NCBI GenBank assembly: GCA_965153285.1
Contig: OZ229115.1
From: Podarcis tiliguerta
Lineage: Eukaryota
DNA length: 64,000 bases
Strand: one strand, 5' to 3'
Shown here: positions 12,570 through 26,303 of the stretch, one piece after another
How the letters are laid out: every line of letters starts with the position of its first letter
Numbering within the stretch: the stretch's first letter is position 1
Program-made: the position numbers and the translations under genes
The notes under the pieces: generated by a model
What the model was told of the DNA's origin: nothing
Database searches by the model: none
What the model saw: the letters and a program-made list of their open reading frames with translations, nothing else

Positions 12570-12825
12570 CAGGGGTAGGCAACCTAAGGCCCATGGGCCG
12601 GATGCGGCCCAATTGCCTTCTCAATCCAGCCCATGGACAGTCCGGGAATCAGCGTGTTTTTACATGAATAGAATGTGTCCTTTTATTTAAAATGCATCTC
12701 TGGGTTACATGTGGGGCATAGGAATTGGTTCATTTCCCTCACCCCCCAAAAAATATAGTCTGGCCCACCACAAGGTCTGAGGGACGGTGGACCAGCTCAT
12801 GGCTGAAAAAGGTTGCTGACCCCTG
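12570..12825 (+). mobile_element. hAT-Charlie (OposCharlie1/OC1-like) MITE
   Basis: CAGGGGT…ACCCCTG TIRs and perfect 8-bp TSD CCCTAAAC. Confidence 0.9.
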
Positions 12826-12909
12826 CCCTAAACAGACCAAGGAGACTGGGCATGTTGTAGCCTCAGAATGGTAACTGACTGATGGAAGGTGTGGGAATGA
12901 AATGGAGTA

Positions 12910-13135
12910 CAGTGGTACCTCTGGTTACGTACTTAATTCGTTCCGGAGGTCCGTTCTTAACCTGAAACTGTTCTTAACCTGAAGCACCACTTTATCTAAT
13001 GGGGCCTCCCGCTGCCGCCACGCTACCAAAGCATGATTTCTGTTCTCATCCTGAAGCAAAGTTCTTAACCCGAGGTACTATTTCTGGGTTAGCGGAGTCT
13101 GTAACCTGAAGCATCTGTAACACGAGGTACCACTG
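12910..13135. mobile_element. Tigger-like MITE, 226 bp
   Basis: TA|CAGTGGTACCTC…GAGGTACCACTG|TA; near-identical copy at 36892-37117. Confidence 0.9.
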
Positions 13136-15164
13136 TATTCCTACAGAGAATATGGCAGGCTGGCTGGACCCCTGAACATTTTACTGCAGAGTTCGCTTGT
13201 TCTGACATTGCAGCATCTCGGTGAATTTAGCAGAATACATTACTCTTTGCTTTTCCTTGTTTGAGCAACGACAGCAGTGGCTTCATTTCAATACTCCGTG
13301 ATGTTATTTCTGCTATGTATATGAATCTGTAGATCCTTTGGGATTAATGTCTTGATGTAAATATAAAGCTGTCAGACATAATCTCCTGGCAGCATCCCAA
13401 ACTGCAACGTGCAGCATCTCATCTGCAAGAATGAAACTTGTCCACTGTCAGCATTATGCGTGCGGTATAAATGAACAGTGTCTCTACTCAGCACAACACC
13501 AGCCACAAGGCAATAATGAACACCAGAGCTTTACTAGCAACGCATTGAATGGCTCTCTTTGTGCCCAGGGAACACAGTCACTTCTGACCACAAAGCAAGC
13601 CTCGCAAAGGGATTGTTTCTGCCTTACCCTCTCTAGTTTGTTCTGCACTGAATTAGTGAGGGGAGCTCATAGAAACCTCATGTAGGAAAATCAATGCAAA
13701 ATATGTAGCCATTTTGCTAAGCTGCTCTGGAAACATGGATGCAAAATTCTGCTGAGGAGAAAGAGAGAGATTCCGCTGATGGAAATTCATTTCCTTTTCC
13801 AGGGGGGTAGATTAATCATGCACTACATGTGGGTTACAGATTTTGTTTTACATAGTATGCATATATTTTTGTTGTTCTTATCGAACACTTAAACACACTT
13901 ATAGATCGGTTTGTAGAAATTAATATGCTGTGCGTATTTGTATGGCCTCTCAAGTCCATGCAGGAAAGAAATGAGTAATTTTTTTTATTTTTATTTTGCT
14001 TCCCTTCTATGATTTTAAATAATTCCTCTGCCCACAAATCTGTCTGTCCAGGACTATTTTTAACTTCCATCCTCATGCTGTTAACATTTCCAAGAGTTGG
14101 TCAGTGATGTGTAGTTTCTGATGACTACACCATTCATTTTATTGTGTGTGTCTATATCTGTGCAGCATCTGTAGGCGATGGGTAATAGCTGTGAAATATT
14201 TATAGGCATTTTCAGTTTTGTATCTACAAACTTAGTTATGGACCCTGACTTAGACTTTATATAATGTATCATATAAACGTTTACAACAAATCTCATGACA
14301 AAAGCACTGGGAGGAAGATTTCATGGCTTGGTAGACTCTAGGTCAGGAGCGGAGAAGCTGTAGCCCTCCATATTTTGTTGGATTCCAACTCACATTGGTC
14401 ATTGGTCATGCTACCAGTCAGTCCAACACCATCTAGAGGGCCAGAAGTCCCCCAGTGCATCATAACTGGGTACATACACAAATGGTAAATTGTTTTAAGC
14501 AGGCCAGCCATCAGATCATGCCTAAAGAGTTTCAAGGAGCTTTGGGGAAATCAGAGTTTCAATAAGATTAGTGAACTCATGAGGAGGAGGGACAATGACG
14601 ACGACCTTTGTGGTAGCTTCTTCCATGGTTGGTTTAGCGATGCAGCTCTAATTGGTGGCAGGGACAGCATCCCACATGAACAAGCAAGATGGCCATCCAT
14701 GCCCATTCTGTTGCCATTATTTCTGCTCTTTGGCCTTAGGGCTATGAGATAAATCGCCATACCAGTATTGAAATAACAGTGATAAGTGTTTCAACAAGGC
14801 AATATATCGGTGAACAAATGTGGAGACTTAACAGTTCCCCAGGGGTTAGGTCCCCTGAACCAATACTTTACAGATACTTTGCAGGCACCTTGTCTCATGC
14901 TGGGAGGTACATCAAGACCCTCTGCCACCAGGCGAAGGCATGGCAAAGCCCTCTGCTGCTGCGGGGAGGTATGGTGGGACCCTCTGTCTCTGCGAGGAGG
15001 CCTAGCAAGGCCCTCTGCTGGCGCAAATATATATTGTGATATATTGTGATATCTTGATATTTAGCTGCTGATGTGTTGTGATGTTGAAAACCAGATATTG
15101 CCCAGCTCTATTCAGCATAGCAGTTGGACTTGGTGCAGTCCTGTCTGGTTGATTAGAGTTCACT

Positions 15165-15365
15165 TTAATACCCTACACTTAAAGCACTCTTATACCACTT
15201 TTAACAGTCATGGCTTCCTCCAAAGAATCTTGGGATCAGTAGTTTGTTAAAGGTCCTGAGAGTTTTTAGGAGACCCTTAACAAACCATAATTCCCAGGAT
15301 TCTTTGAAAAAATCTATGACTTAGAATTGTGTTAGAGTTCTTTACATGTATGGTGTGGATGTGAC
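15165..15365. mobile_element. Degenerate foldback MITE, related to ~35315-35420 and 39672-39919
   Basis: Inverted aaagaatcttggga / tcccaggattcttt and tttgttaa / ttaacaaa pairs. Confidence 0.55.
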
Positions 15366-18229
15366 TCTATTCATGTGGGATCTAAATCATAAAGACCCAT
15401 GACTGCATCACTGATACAACCAAGGATGGATCAGATTTTCAGCTGGCTGAGTTTCCGGTGATATCCGTAGTACTGTCCTGAGTGAATTTTTCAGGTGACT
15501 TGTTGCAGTCCCGGGTACTAAACTTCTGCAGTTTGGTATGGGCAGCTTAAATAAACTCCTCTTGCTTAGATATGTCTGGGTGTCTCCTTGGTTGAAGAAA
15601 CTGACCAAAACATAGTCAGTAAAGCAGTGCATAGATCTGTGCTTCCTGCTTTATTCTCAGTGGCTAAAAAGTGTGGTTTCCTACCCTTGAAAAAACCTCA
15701 AGGGTCATGAGCTTCTCACAGTATTCTTCAGGTAAAAGCTTTTAGTATCAACTTGCACAATCACGGTTGTTTTTCCCTGTGTCATATAGCCATATTGCCA
15801 AGTCCTTCACAAAGCAGCCATTCAACTGACTGTGCAAAAATAAAAGGTTGATCAGTGTATAACTCTGCACTTTTTGTTGACCATTAGTACTATTACAATT
15901 AGTCCTGGGGGAAGTTGACTCTTTTAAATATTAAGAGATGTATCCATTAGGTCAATGAATGGTGTATTTTATCTTACCTGCGGTAGGAACCCAGACTCAG
16001 ATCTCTTTGTGTGTGTGACATGGTTGAAGATAGCAGCTAACTTGGCTAACCCTAACTGGCAAGCTATTGGTGGAGGATCTGGGTTAAAAATTCTACAGGG
16101 AGCCCCCCCACACACTTGCGGGTTCCTCACTGCAAGTTGTTCTTGCAGGACATGAGAGGTGCATGGATCAGGTGATGGGGATGTGAGAGAGGGAGCAGGA
16201 CCAGGAAGCCCAGCTGTGCCCCTCAGCTCCTTGCACAATCATAATTGTGTCAGGTGGGATGGGGGATGCCTGAAGTAGGACTAAACAAACAGGGAGCAAA
16301 CCTCAGTCCCATCCTGCTGTTCTTGGACGTTCTGTATTGCATTGAGTTCTCAGCACATTCTCATGCTGCCCCACTAAAGGAGTCATTATTTATGTACTAA
16401 TAACTACTTGGTAATGGAAGAATAGCCTCATCGTCATGTTTATGGGGTTACTTACAAGCCACGGTGTTTGCAGCAATGTCACATGTGACTTATTTGAGGG
16501 GACTGCCTAATGGCCACTCGTATTCCTTGCTACTTCGTAACTGTCTAGCTAATTGAATGTTGAAAGGGCATCCAGGTAATATTTGGTGGGGCAGCAGAGG
16601 GAGAGGGCAGAACCTCTTCCTTGTGTTTTGCCTGGCAACGAACAGATGGAAGGCACATCTGCTGGAAAGATCAGTTGACTGGCAGAAGTTGATTTCTACA
16701 ATGGAAGTTGTTTTTGTTTTTGTTTACTTATTTACTGCAGTGTGTGTAACACATGCGCACACACATCTCCCTGTCTTAATTATATATGATACATGCACGT
16801 TCTGCCTGTTGCCTTCCCCTGAAGCAGTGGCAGACAGCATTGTACGGTGGAGGTGTTTATCCAACCTCCCAATAGGTCAATCACTGCTACTTACTTGCAG
16901 GGGCAGAGGAGGAGCAGCAGAGTGGGTGCCATGGTGCAAATACACCAGCAGGAGCACCGGGTTAGTTCAGCCGGTGAATTGACACTTTCCCACTGCCACC
17001 TCATCTCTCCCTCTCTTGATAAGCAACAACAATTCATCTGGGAGGTCAGCTCCCATCAGTTGAAGTCTCAGAGTAATTTCCAAGGGCAGCACCTTGTCTT
17101 GAAGTAGTCAAGTCTGCTTATTATTAGGGCAGAGGTAAAACTGGCAAAGCTACAAGATAGTACTGTTTCCAAGCCTCCACTATTTTGAGCACTCATGTTG
17201 ACTACAAGGAATATAATATTTTGGGATTTCTTTATCTGTGAGCGTAATCCTTCTTCAAAATCCCATGTGAACTAGATCTCTATTTTAGCAACTGCTTTGA
17301 AATTTTCTGTCAGCTACTATAGATGAACTAATGGTGCTTGCTGAGAATTACAGTTGATGTGCTCCTTTAACCACACCATTCCCCTTAATGACATTACTGC
17401 TGAACATTCTTGCCATTTATTGCTGCTGTTCTACCAGCAAAAATATGTTTTTCTTAAACCTTCAGTGTCTTGGAATTATGCAGCACATTGGAAGATCATG
17501 AAATAAAGACCACCAAATATGGTCCGAACAACTTTTAAGAGGCAGTGAAGCATGACAGGATAGACCGCACAACTAAAATTCAGAACTGATGAATTACAAA
17601 ACATCAAGAGTTTCAGTACTGTCACTTGTGGACTGAACCAAGACAAATAATTTGTAGTACATTACATGCGTTAATTGGCTTACCAATGCCAGGATGTATG
17701 TGCCATTAAAAAAATTGATTTGTGAATTACCACTGTTAAGTACTTTTCTCCATTTCATTTTCCTCTAATTTCACTTTTTACAATTCCAACTCCCCATGCC
17801 CAAATCATCTCAGGATGGCAATTCATGTCCCCCAGGCTAAAAAGGGTTCTTTTCGCCTAATTTATGGCATAATAGTCTGTCGCAGCAAAGGCCATTTTCA
17901 ACAGCTGTCCCTCCGTTGCATGTTGTCTCCCTTGCTTCCAAAATGTCCTCCCTTGCCTTGGTGCCATTCCACGGGTGGTAGCGATTGAATAGCCATTTTG
18001 TTTGGCTTTTAGTTCCAGTATATATCTGGGCAAAATGTAATGGCAGCATCTGAGAGGTATGGCTCTGACATCCAAAAATTATTTTATTAATTTTTCAATG
18101 CAATTTAATATGAGTGTGAAGACTTGAAACCAGTGGAGATACGTGGACCCATTTGAAGCCTAGAAAAGGAATGCTCTGGCTCCTTTCCCCTCTTTGCTTT
18201 TTGCAGCAGCAAGGTGTGATACCAGGAGG

Positions 18230-18694
18230 ATAGCAAGCAGCGATTTGTTCCCTGAAATCAGCCAGATGTTTACAGCTAAGGGAGACGGAAGGCAGTGGCG
18301 GGGGCGCAGAGGGAAGAGGCGGCGGCTCAGTGAACACCGCTGGGTGCCTAACAAGCATTTCTGCTATTAGTCTAAAGCCATCTGCTAGATTTGTGTTAAA
18401 AGAGGGAAATCCCATGGGGGGGGGAGGCAGAGGGGGGGGGGGAGAAACATGGAGAGAGGCAGCGCCGTCACTGAGGCTCTGGCCTGGCAATGTGGGAGGG
18501 GATCCCAGACTCTTCTCTTCCTCCCCACCCCCCAGCTGTGGACTGTGAGGTTTGCAGCGACTGCAGTATGCATCAATCAATGTGTGGGGGTGTTAAAGTT
18601 AGAAGAGGTTGCTCTGCGGAAAGGAGTGTGTTGTGCACACAGCAGCAGCCCAGTGGAGAGCAGCAGCGCAGCAGAGATGGGGAGCCTTTCAAAG
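18230..18694 (+). promoter_or_regulatory. Candidate alternative promoter/first exon of EPB41L1, ending ATG GGG AGC CTT TCA AAG|gtagga
   Basis: Locally GC/CpG-rich, repeat-free sequence with GC-box-like motifs (~18297-18325) and G-runs (18416-18442). Strong Kozak GAGATGG at 18677 and a donor AAG|GTAGGA at 18694/18695. Confidence 0.4.
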
Positions 18695-20409
18695 GTAGGA
18701 CCGGCTCAGCTGGGGAGGGAGGTTTTAGAGAAGGGGACTACAAGAGTCTCTCTCTCTCTTTCTCTCTGTCATTTTTTTTGTAACGTAGGCTTTCTCCAGA
18801 GGCTTCTTAGCCCCGTTGTTTCTTTTCAGGCCAGCCTGCCTCCTCGACTAAACAGTTGTACACATCTGGGCTTGGAGTTCTTGAGTTGCCCCCCGCACCA
18901 TGGTAACCTTGAGCCTGTGCAATGCAGCTCCTCAAGCCCTTGCAGCAAAAAAGGGATGGAGAAAGGCTGGGTTGGTTTTCTGTTTCTTGCATTCAGGATC
19001 TTTAGAAGTGTATGCTAGAGGCTGTCTCTGCTCCCAATGGCTCCTAGCATAATATGCTGTATTCTGGAAATGCTCTGAGAGCTAGGAGTGTAGAAATCTG
19101 CCTTAGACTGCACCAGACCATTCCTCCATCTAGCTGAGTATTGTCTACCCTGACTGACAGAGGTTCTTCAGGATTTCTGGCAGGAAGTCTCTTCCAGCCC
19201 TACTTGGAGATGCCGGGGATTGAACCTGGAACTTTCTGCAGGCAAAACAGATTGTCTTCCATTGAGCTACGCCCTTTCCCCTATTTCCAGTTGCCCTCCC
19301 AAACTTGCAGGATGGGGGGGAGGGTTTTGTTTCTCTCCCCTGCCCACTTTGCTAGTGCTTTTAGGAGGCTAAAGGGGGGCATGATTTGGCTAAAAGCAGG
19401 AGGAGTCCGGGTGTGAGGTTTATGGGTTCTAGTAAAGAACTTCTACATTTTCTTCCATAATTAGGGCACTGCCCTTCCCTTTATGAAATGTTCCCTTGAA
19501 AAGCCTAGATTGACTATGGTGCTGCATGTAAAGCTGTAAAGTAGTGCTGGGGCCACTGCTGTGTTGTAAGCACCTGAAGGTGCATCTGTGAGGAGATGGC
19601 CTCTTCCAAGGCTGCACTCCTTTGAAGCCCCCAGGTTTCAAATATAGAATTCTGTCAGTGCCTAGTCTGGAAAGGAGCTCCTGTGCTTTTAATAGCTGCA
19701 TGGCAGGAAGTGGGTGGGGGGCTGGATGATGGCTTTTGGTGGTTCCTCTCATTTTTGGAGCATTGTTGCAGGAGTGATCTCACACTTGCCATCCTTTCAA
19801 ACACACACAAAAGCCTCACTCGGGACTTGTTGGCCTTTGCAACCTGAGCAGGATGACCAAACACTATGTGAAAAATCATGGGATAAGTAAGGCAAGGCGA
19901 GAGTGGGGGAAAGTGGGCCACACCTGCAATTTGCTGCTTTCCCCTTCCCTCTGTGGCGTCATAGTAAAAAATGAGGTTGTGAGCAAGGAGCAGAGGCCTC
20001 AGTACCAAATGGGTGCCCTCTAAGGACTGCAACAGGCCATGGGCTAGAGATTCCCCATCCCTGATTTAAAGGGACAGCCCCTCAGCTATGACGGAGGATA
20101 GAGATGTAGCTTTTCCTAGCCTGCTTCTCCCTTAGTCCTTTCACTCATCTTCCTCTCCCTAGTTGCAAGAGTAAACAGAACTCCTTCGTTGCCCCACAGC
20201 TGGGGGGAATGGAGGGCAGGCAAAGAGTGGAGCAGGGAGCAGCAGCAGATTAGTCCTCCCTCTCTTCTATTGTGACATCCCTGACACTGGTGAGACAGTG
20301 TTGATCCATAGTAGATTTTTCAAAGGGGAGTTTGCATGAGTTACAGTATTTGCGGCAACTTCATCCCATACCTCTTTGCACAACACATCATCAAACACTG
20401 AAACTCGCT

Positions 20410-20666
20410 CTCACAAGATATAGTGGTGGCCACCAACTTAAAGCAGAATTAGACAAATTCATGGAGGTTAAGGCAGTCACTGGCTACTAGCCAGAATGGC
20501 TATGTTCTACTGCCATTTGCAATCCCAGTTGCTGGGAACTGCAAGTGAGGAGTGTGCAGTTGCACTGAGATCCTACTTAAGAGCTTTTTAGAGACCTCTG
20601 GTTGGCCACCTTGTTAGACTAGATGAGCCGCTGACATGCTCCAGCAGGGCTCTTTTATGCTCTTAC
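20410..20666 (+). mobile_element. Old CR1 3' end; related fragments at ~40230-40560 and ~61100-61440
   Basis: ttagacaaattcatggagg…ggctactagcc… followed by the tail ccagcagggctcttttatgctctta. Confidence 0.7.
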
Positions 20667-22931
20667 TAACAGAAGAAGTTATGTGGTAATAGTTTCAAAG
20701 GGGATTAGTATTTACTGAGCTGGAAGAAAGCATCTTGAGTTGAAACATGAAAATATGCTCCTTTCACCAGTGACCCACATACTACAAGGAAGGGAGTCAG
20801 CCTGTGGTTAAAGGCTAAGGAACAGTTAAACAGGAGTCAAGTTCAACACATTAGGACCTCTGTAATGTTGTCTGAGCATTGTTCACCAAGATGTTTGGAG
20901 GAAGTCCTTTTTGTTGGGCTGCAACCTGCACAACTCTGTATTGGAGCAATGTAGAAGCAGGCCTTTTCGGAGGTGGCACCTACTCTTTGGAATGAGCTCT
21001 TTGCCGTAAGTCAGTGGTGGTCTGTTTCTGTCATGCACTAAAAACCCACTGTTTTTGCACAGGCATTTCCAGACCATCAGTGCCAGCTTTCAACCACTCT
21101 AGTTTTAGAATTGTGGTGTTGTATTTGTATGCTTAATTTTGTTGTTGTTTTATGGTTGCTAATCACCTTGGGATTTGTTTTTTAAATGAAAAGTAGTAAA
21201 GAAATTATTCTAATCAGTCAGTCAGTAAATAAATAAAATGTGGATGTTAGCCTACAAAAATTAAGCGCTCCCTTAACCTTCCGGGGGAAAGTGCAGTTTT
21301 CCTTCATTTCGAAACATCATTCATATCAGAGAGTGCAGTAAGTTTGCTTTCTGTTGAACAAAGTTCAGAACTGCTGTGTGGCTGATGCCATCCCTGAATT
21401 TGCAGATGGATGGGCCTGTTATACTGACAACCAAAAACAGAGTGGAGTGTGGTGCTTGGAATTTATGGGTGCAGTTCAGCATTGTGTTCTTCCCATTGTC
21501 CTGTCTGTGCAGGCATTCCAGCTTGCCAGACGGAATGATGCTTCCTTTCCCCACAAACTGGTCGGAGGGTTCTCCTGACCCACTCCCAAACCAATTTTGC
21601 AGGAGGTGTGGTGGAAGCGAGGAAACCCTATTGTTCAGGGCTTCCAGTGATGGGGCTGGTTAGGTGTATCCAGGGCCAAAACTAGGCTTTATTTCACCCG
21701 GGTCAAATACCCAGTTTGATACCTCCCTCACACGCATTTGTACACACACACAGGCCTCCATTGAGGCTTCACCCAGGGCTAGCCCCCCCACCCCCCAGCT
21801 ACAGCACTGGGTGCATCGAGCCCTGAATGTTTCAGCAGGTGCAAGTTTTACATTCATTCACAGCATCCAATTTGTGTCCTATTATGGGTTTAAAAGGAAG
21901 TTTTCTGGACCTTCGGAACTGGCTCAGTAACTAAACTGGGTGAATATCCTGCAGTTACTATATCTGAACCTTTTCCCTCCCCCCCCCCCCGTGTTCACAA
22001 TGAATAAATGTTATAAATGTCATAATATATTTGTGTCGTCTTCTTAAGGTGCCACAAGGCTGTCTGTTGTTTTTGCTGCAGTGCAAGCTAATACTTCCCC
22101 TTGCCAATAATTGCTTGTTTTGTTTGTTTCGCTGGGCTGTGCTGCAGGTTAGCTGTCTGTCTAAAGAGATCCCTAAATGAAATGGTGTTCAGCCAGGATG
22201 TCTTCAGGCTTCCAGAAGACAAATTGGATGATGTGAAGGAAAATCTATGATTGGATCTCCATATATATATATATATATATATGCACATGCTAAAGTGGCA
22301 GGTGACAGGCTAATCTGGATGATGCCCATGAGAGGGGGATGGGATTAATCCTTTCTTTCATTCACCCCTTCCCCAGTTGAAATCCCTGCCAGCTGTAATT
22401 TGCCCAACAGGGTAAAACATACAAGTACCTTCTTTTCTCCCTTCCATTAAAAAATATCATGAGAGGACAATCACAAATATTTTACTTGCCTTACCAAGTT
22501 TGGCCTTTATTCCGCAATGGGAGACCCTTCATCTGACTTTCTTCATTGCAGCTGTGGAGTTGTATGGAATATGGATCAGAGGATGGCCATAGTCAGCTTC
22601 CAGTCCTTTGGAGCTGACCTGATTTCACACCTAACAATGGCAGAGGCCTGGTTGTGAGTGCTAAAAGTATCCAAGGCCAAACCTCTCACACCAACCTTGG
22701 GTGCTATATATAGCAGCATTCTGGTTCAGGACTTGATGGTACAGACTGCTTTGCAAACACCAGTTCTTCTCAGGAGCCCTACACAAACCCTAACACATCT
22801 CCTTATTTTTTTATAGTACTATTGTGCTTAGGTTGGGGGCTGGCACTTGCAGCAATCGGCAGTTAAATTCTCTCCATGCTCCAAACTCTTTAAGTTAAGG
22901 GAGCAGCCCACCTTCCACTCCATCCTACAGC

Positions 22932-23128
22932 CCTCCCTGTGGAACGCCCTCCATCACATGTCAAGGAGATAAAGAACTACCCAACTTCTAGAAGGCAGAC
23001 GTGTTTCGGCAAGGTTTAATGTTTGACGTTTTACTGTGTTTTTATATTCACTGTAAGCTGCCCTGAGTGGCTGGGGAAACCCAGCCAGATGGGCAGGGTA
23101 TAAATAAATCATTATTATTATTATTATT

Positions 23129-23160
<32 letters not shown>
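22932..23160 (+). mobile_element. L2 LINE 3' end with an (ATT)n(ATC)n tail
   Basis: Matches the 3' end of the L2 at 40618-42410 (gagtggctggggaaacccagccagatgggc). Confidence 0.85.
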
Positions 23161-23354
23161 TTCCACCATGCCCAGTGATTTCAGAGGAGAATGAAGTCTG
23201 AACCCCACCCTACCAGCTGCCACGGTGATATGAACCCAGCATAGTTGGCAAAACTGCTGTGAATATTCCCCCGTTAATAAAAATGGTGGCTTGTCTGCTA
23301 GGGAGAGTAAGCCTGAACCACACAGATGGATTCCATAGGGCCTTTTGACCATCA

Positions 23355-23720
23355 TTTTCTTTTTTATATTATCTTATTCTTTTTCCCATATAGAAAGTTT
23401 CATTTGTTACTCAACAGTTATATTCCAGTTCAACAAAACTAGCAACTTCCCGCTCATCTAGTATCGATGTTTATAACCCAAATTACATACAATTGTGTTT
23501 TAAGTTTCTGTCTTATCTAATTTCATTCTCTCTGTTTTTAAAATATATTCTGATGTTTTCTTACGTTTGACATATGGGTAATATTTTTTTATATATAGAC
23601 CAGAAAGGGTTTCCAGTCTTTTTTAAAGGATTCTAGATTTGTATTTTTTATCAGTGCTGTCTGTTTTGCCATCTCTGTATATTCCAAGATTTTCATCAGC
23701 CATTCTTCCTTTGAGGGTGT
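23355..23720 (-). mobile_element. L1-like LINE 3' fragment; similar fragments at ~35440-35780 (-) and ~38578-39037 (+)
   Basis: ORF end TPSKEEWLMKILEYTEMAKQTALIK…FKKDWKPFLVYI* resembles squamate L1 ORF2 C-termini; AT-rich 3' UTR and poly-A. Confidence 0.7.
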
Positions 23721-24878
23721 TCTCTCCTCCTTCTGTTTCTGTGCACAGGGAATCCTTGCCACTGTAGTCTCCCTGGCAGACAAGCCACCATTTTTATTAA
23801 CTGGAGAATGTTCACAGCAGTTTTGCCAACAGACATCTCCATCTATGTAGGCCTGTCTAAAGTGATGCTGACGCCTGCAGCAGGTTCTTTGTACTGAAAG
23901 CGTGACCTCGTAGCCTTATATGGCACATGCCCTGGGCTGAGGCTGCAGCAGGAGAAAGGGACAGTGCCCTGTTGATTGCCTGCAACAGGATTGGCTGCTG
24001 GTTCAGTTGGGCAGCCTCTGTCAGCCTGAATGCAACCTTTGTCAATGGGCATTGGTATATGCCTAGACTAGTGTTGGTCCTAAGCAGTATTTGCCACTAC
24101 TCAGTGCTGTTTTGCAAAGCTGGCTAAGCCCAGTCTGCATCTGTCTGGCTCAGCTGGATGATGCAGGGAGAACATGGACTTTGGGCTTCTTGTTAGCATG
24201 CATGGCTTACAGTTTGAGCCAGTCTCCCCACTCCTTTTGGCTTCTCTTTTCCTGCTGGCGCTGGCTGTCTCATTTATTTTTCCGAATCTGTTTAAGCCTG
24301 ACCCGCCTCCAGAAAGCTCCTCTCTAAGAGACACAAGACAGCTGGTTGCATGTGCCTTGGAACTTCATAGCGCCTATGTGGGACGAGCCATAGGGCAGAC
24401 TGCCGTGAGAATAATCAGTTAGTGGCATGCTTGCTGTTGGTGAATTGGCAGCCCATGCTGTTCCCATGGCCCTTGCAATAATCAAGGAGGGGCATTTTGG
24501 GTCATCTCAGCATGTTGTCTTCCTGCATCTCACTGGGTTGGGGAAGAAGAAGCAAGCATGTAATGGTTTAGATTGGAAGGCCAAGTGAATACTTTTGTGT
24601 TGGCCAGCTCTCCTAGGACCCAGTGTTCCGCTTGTTAATGCATGCTGGACAATGACTGTAGAGCTATAAATTTACTTAGGGCAGAAAACTCAAGGCAAAT
24701 TTGGCCAGCACATAGGCAAGGTGAGAATTTGAATGCAAGGTCCCCATTTTATGTCTGAAAGAACATGTGGCTGTGCTTCTGGTGGTGTGCTGAAATAACA
24801 GCAGAAATGGTCTGGGGCTCTCCTGAGATTAGCTACTGATTGTGCATCAATTTAAAAACTCCTTGCAAAGATCTGAGG

Positions 24879-24919
<41 letters not shown>

Positions 24920-26194
24920 TGGTGCAATCCTACATATATTGGTTTGAGAGTATCCCTCCTTGAAAACAATGGGACTTGCTTCAAGAAACATGCCTTTTCT
25001 TCTCAACTTCTTTCTCTCTCTCTTTTCCTATGCTTGTTGAGCCAAGCTCAGAATTCTTGTGTCTCTGAAATGATGATGCAGCAATTTACTGCTGCCTGAA
25101 AGCTACGTGTGTATGTATGACCTGAATCCAAGTGCTGCAAACACTGCAGTAAAACTGCTGGAACGTAATAACAGCACCTGTATAAGGCATGCTGCCATAA
25201 AGCAGGACTTACTGGTGAATAGTGTAGTTTTATAGAACAGGTGTCATTTCATCTGCAGCAGTAGGTGCACATTTGTACTGAAGTAGTGTGATAGATACTG
25301 AAGGGTATTGTGTAGTGACTAAAAAGTATGAGCTGTGATATTTTTAACTTTAGGACTCTGGTATGCATAAAGAATCAGAGGTGTAAAATGGGTAAGATTA
25401 TACCTTTTTATTGGACTGACTTCTTTGGAATGGCAACATAAGTTCAGGAGGCACCAAGAATGCTTCCTAAACCAGAGTTATAGGTAACTAGTCTCATTCA
25501 TTCATTCATTCATTCATTCATTCATTATTTTGGTGTTTGTCACTTGGTTGCTGCCTGAGGTGGACGCTGAGCAGATTGAAGAAGGAGTTGCTTTGCTCTT
25601 GCTGTCTTCAGGGTTGTGATCATATTTGACAGTACAATTCTGTGTCCCACACTGTCCAGGTGAATGTATTTAGATCTTCAACCCAGCTTTTTCTTACAGC
25701 TTTTTTATTCAGTGCATGAATCACGAGTGATGGCCTTAGAGGTGCCACCTGGCTGGTTGCAATCTGGCCTGAACTAAATTCAGGCAGTTAATCAGTGTGC
25801 TTGACTTTAAAGTGGGGGTGGGGAACTTGTGGCGCTTTGGATGCTGTTGGACGCCACCTCCCATCAGCTCCAGCCAGCATGGCCAGTGGTCAGGGATGAT
25901 GGGATTTGGAGTCAAACACCATTTGGAAGGCCGTAGGATCACCACTCCTCATCCAACCCCTTTTAAAAAGTGTAAATTGTTTGAAACACAAGTACTTACA
26001 GAAACCATGGGTGGCAAATGACACCTTAGAAGAGAAATTTCTCCTCTCGAAAACAAGAAGTCTTCCTTTTCCACAGTGGTGCCTGCTATATGTGCATCAT
26101 CTAAATCAACTCCCATCATCCGTGGCTACGGATTGTGCTGGTTTGGGGCTGATAGGAGTTGTAGTCTGCAATGACTAGAAAGCATCATCTAAAT

Positions 26195-26261
26195 CAGGGG
26201 TCAGCAAACTTTTTCAGCAGGGGGCCGGTCCACTGTCCCTCAGACCTTTTGGGGGCTGGAC

Positions 26262-26303
<42 letters not shown>

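Noticed and set aside
18449-19018. 189-aa ORF as a single-exon gene
   Set aside because: It runs through simple repeats with no recognisable protein; only the MGSLSK-donor part is kept as a candidate.
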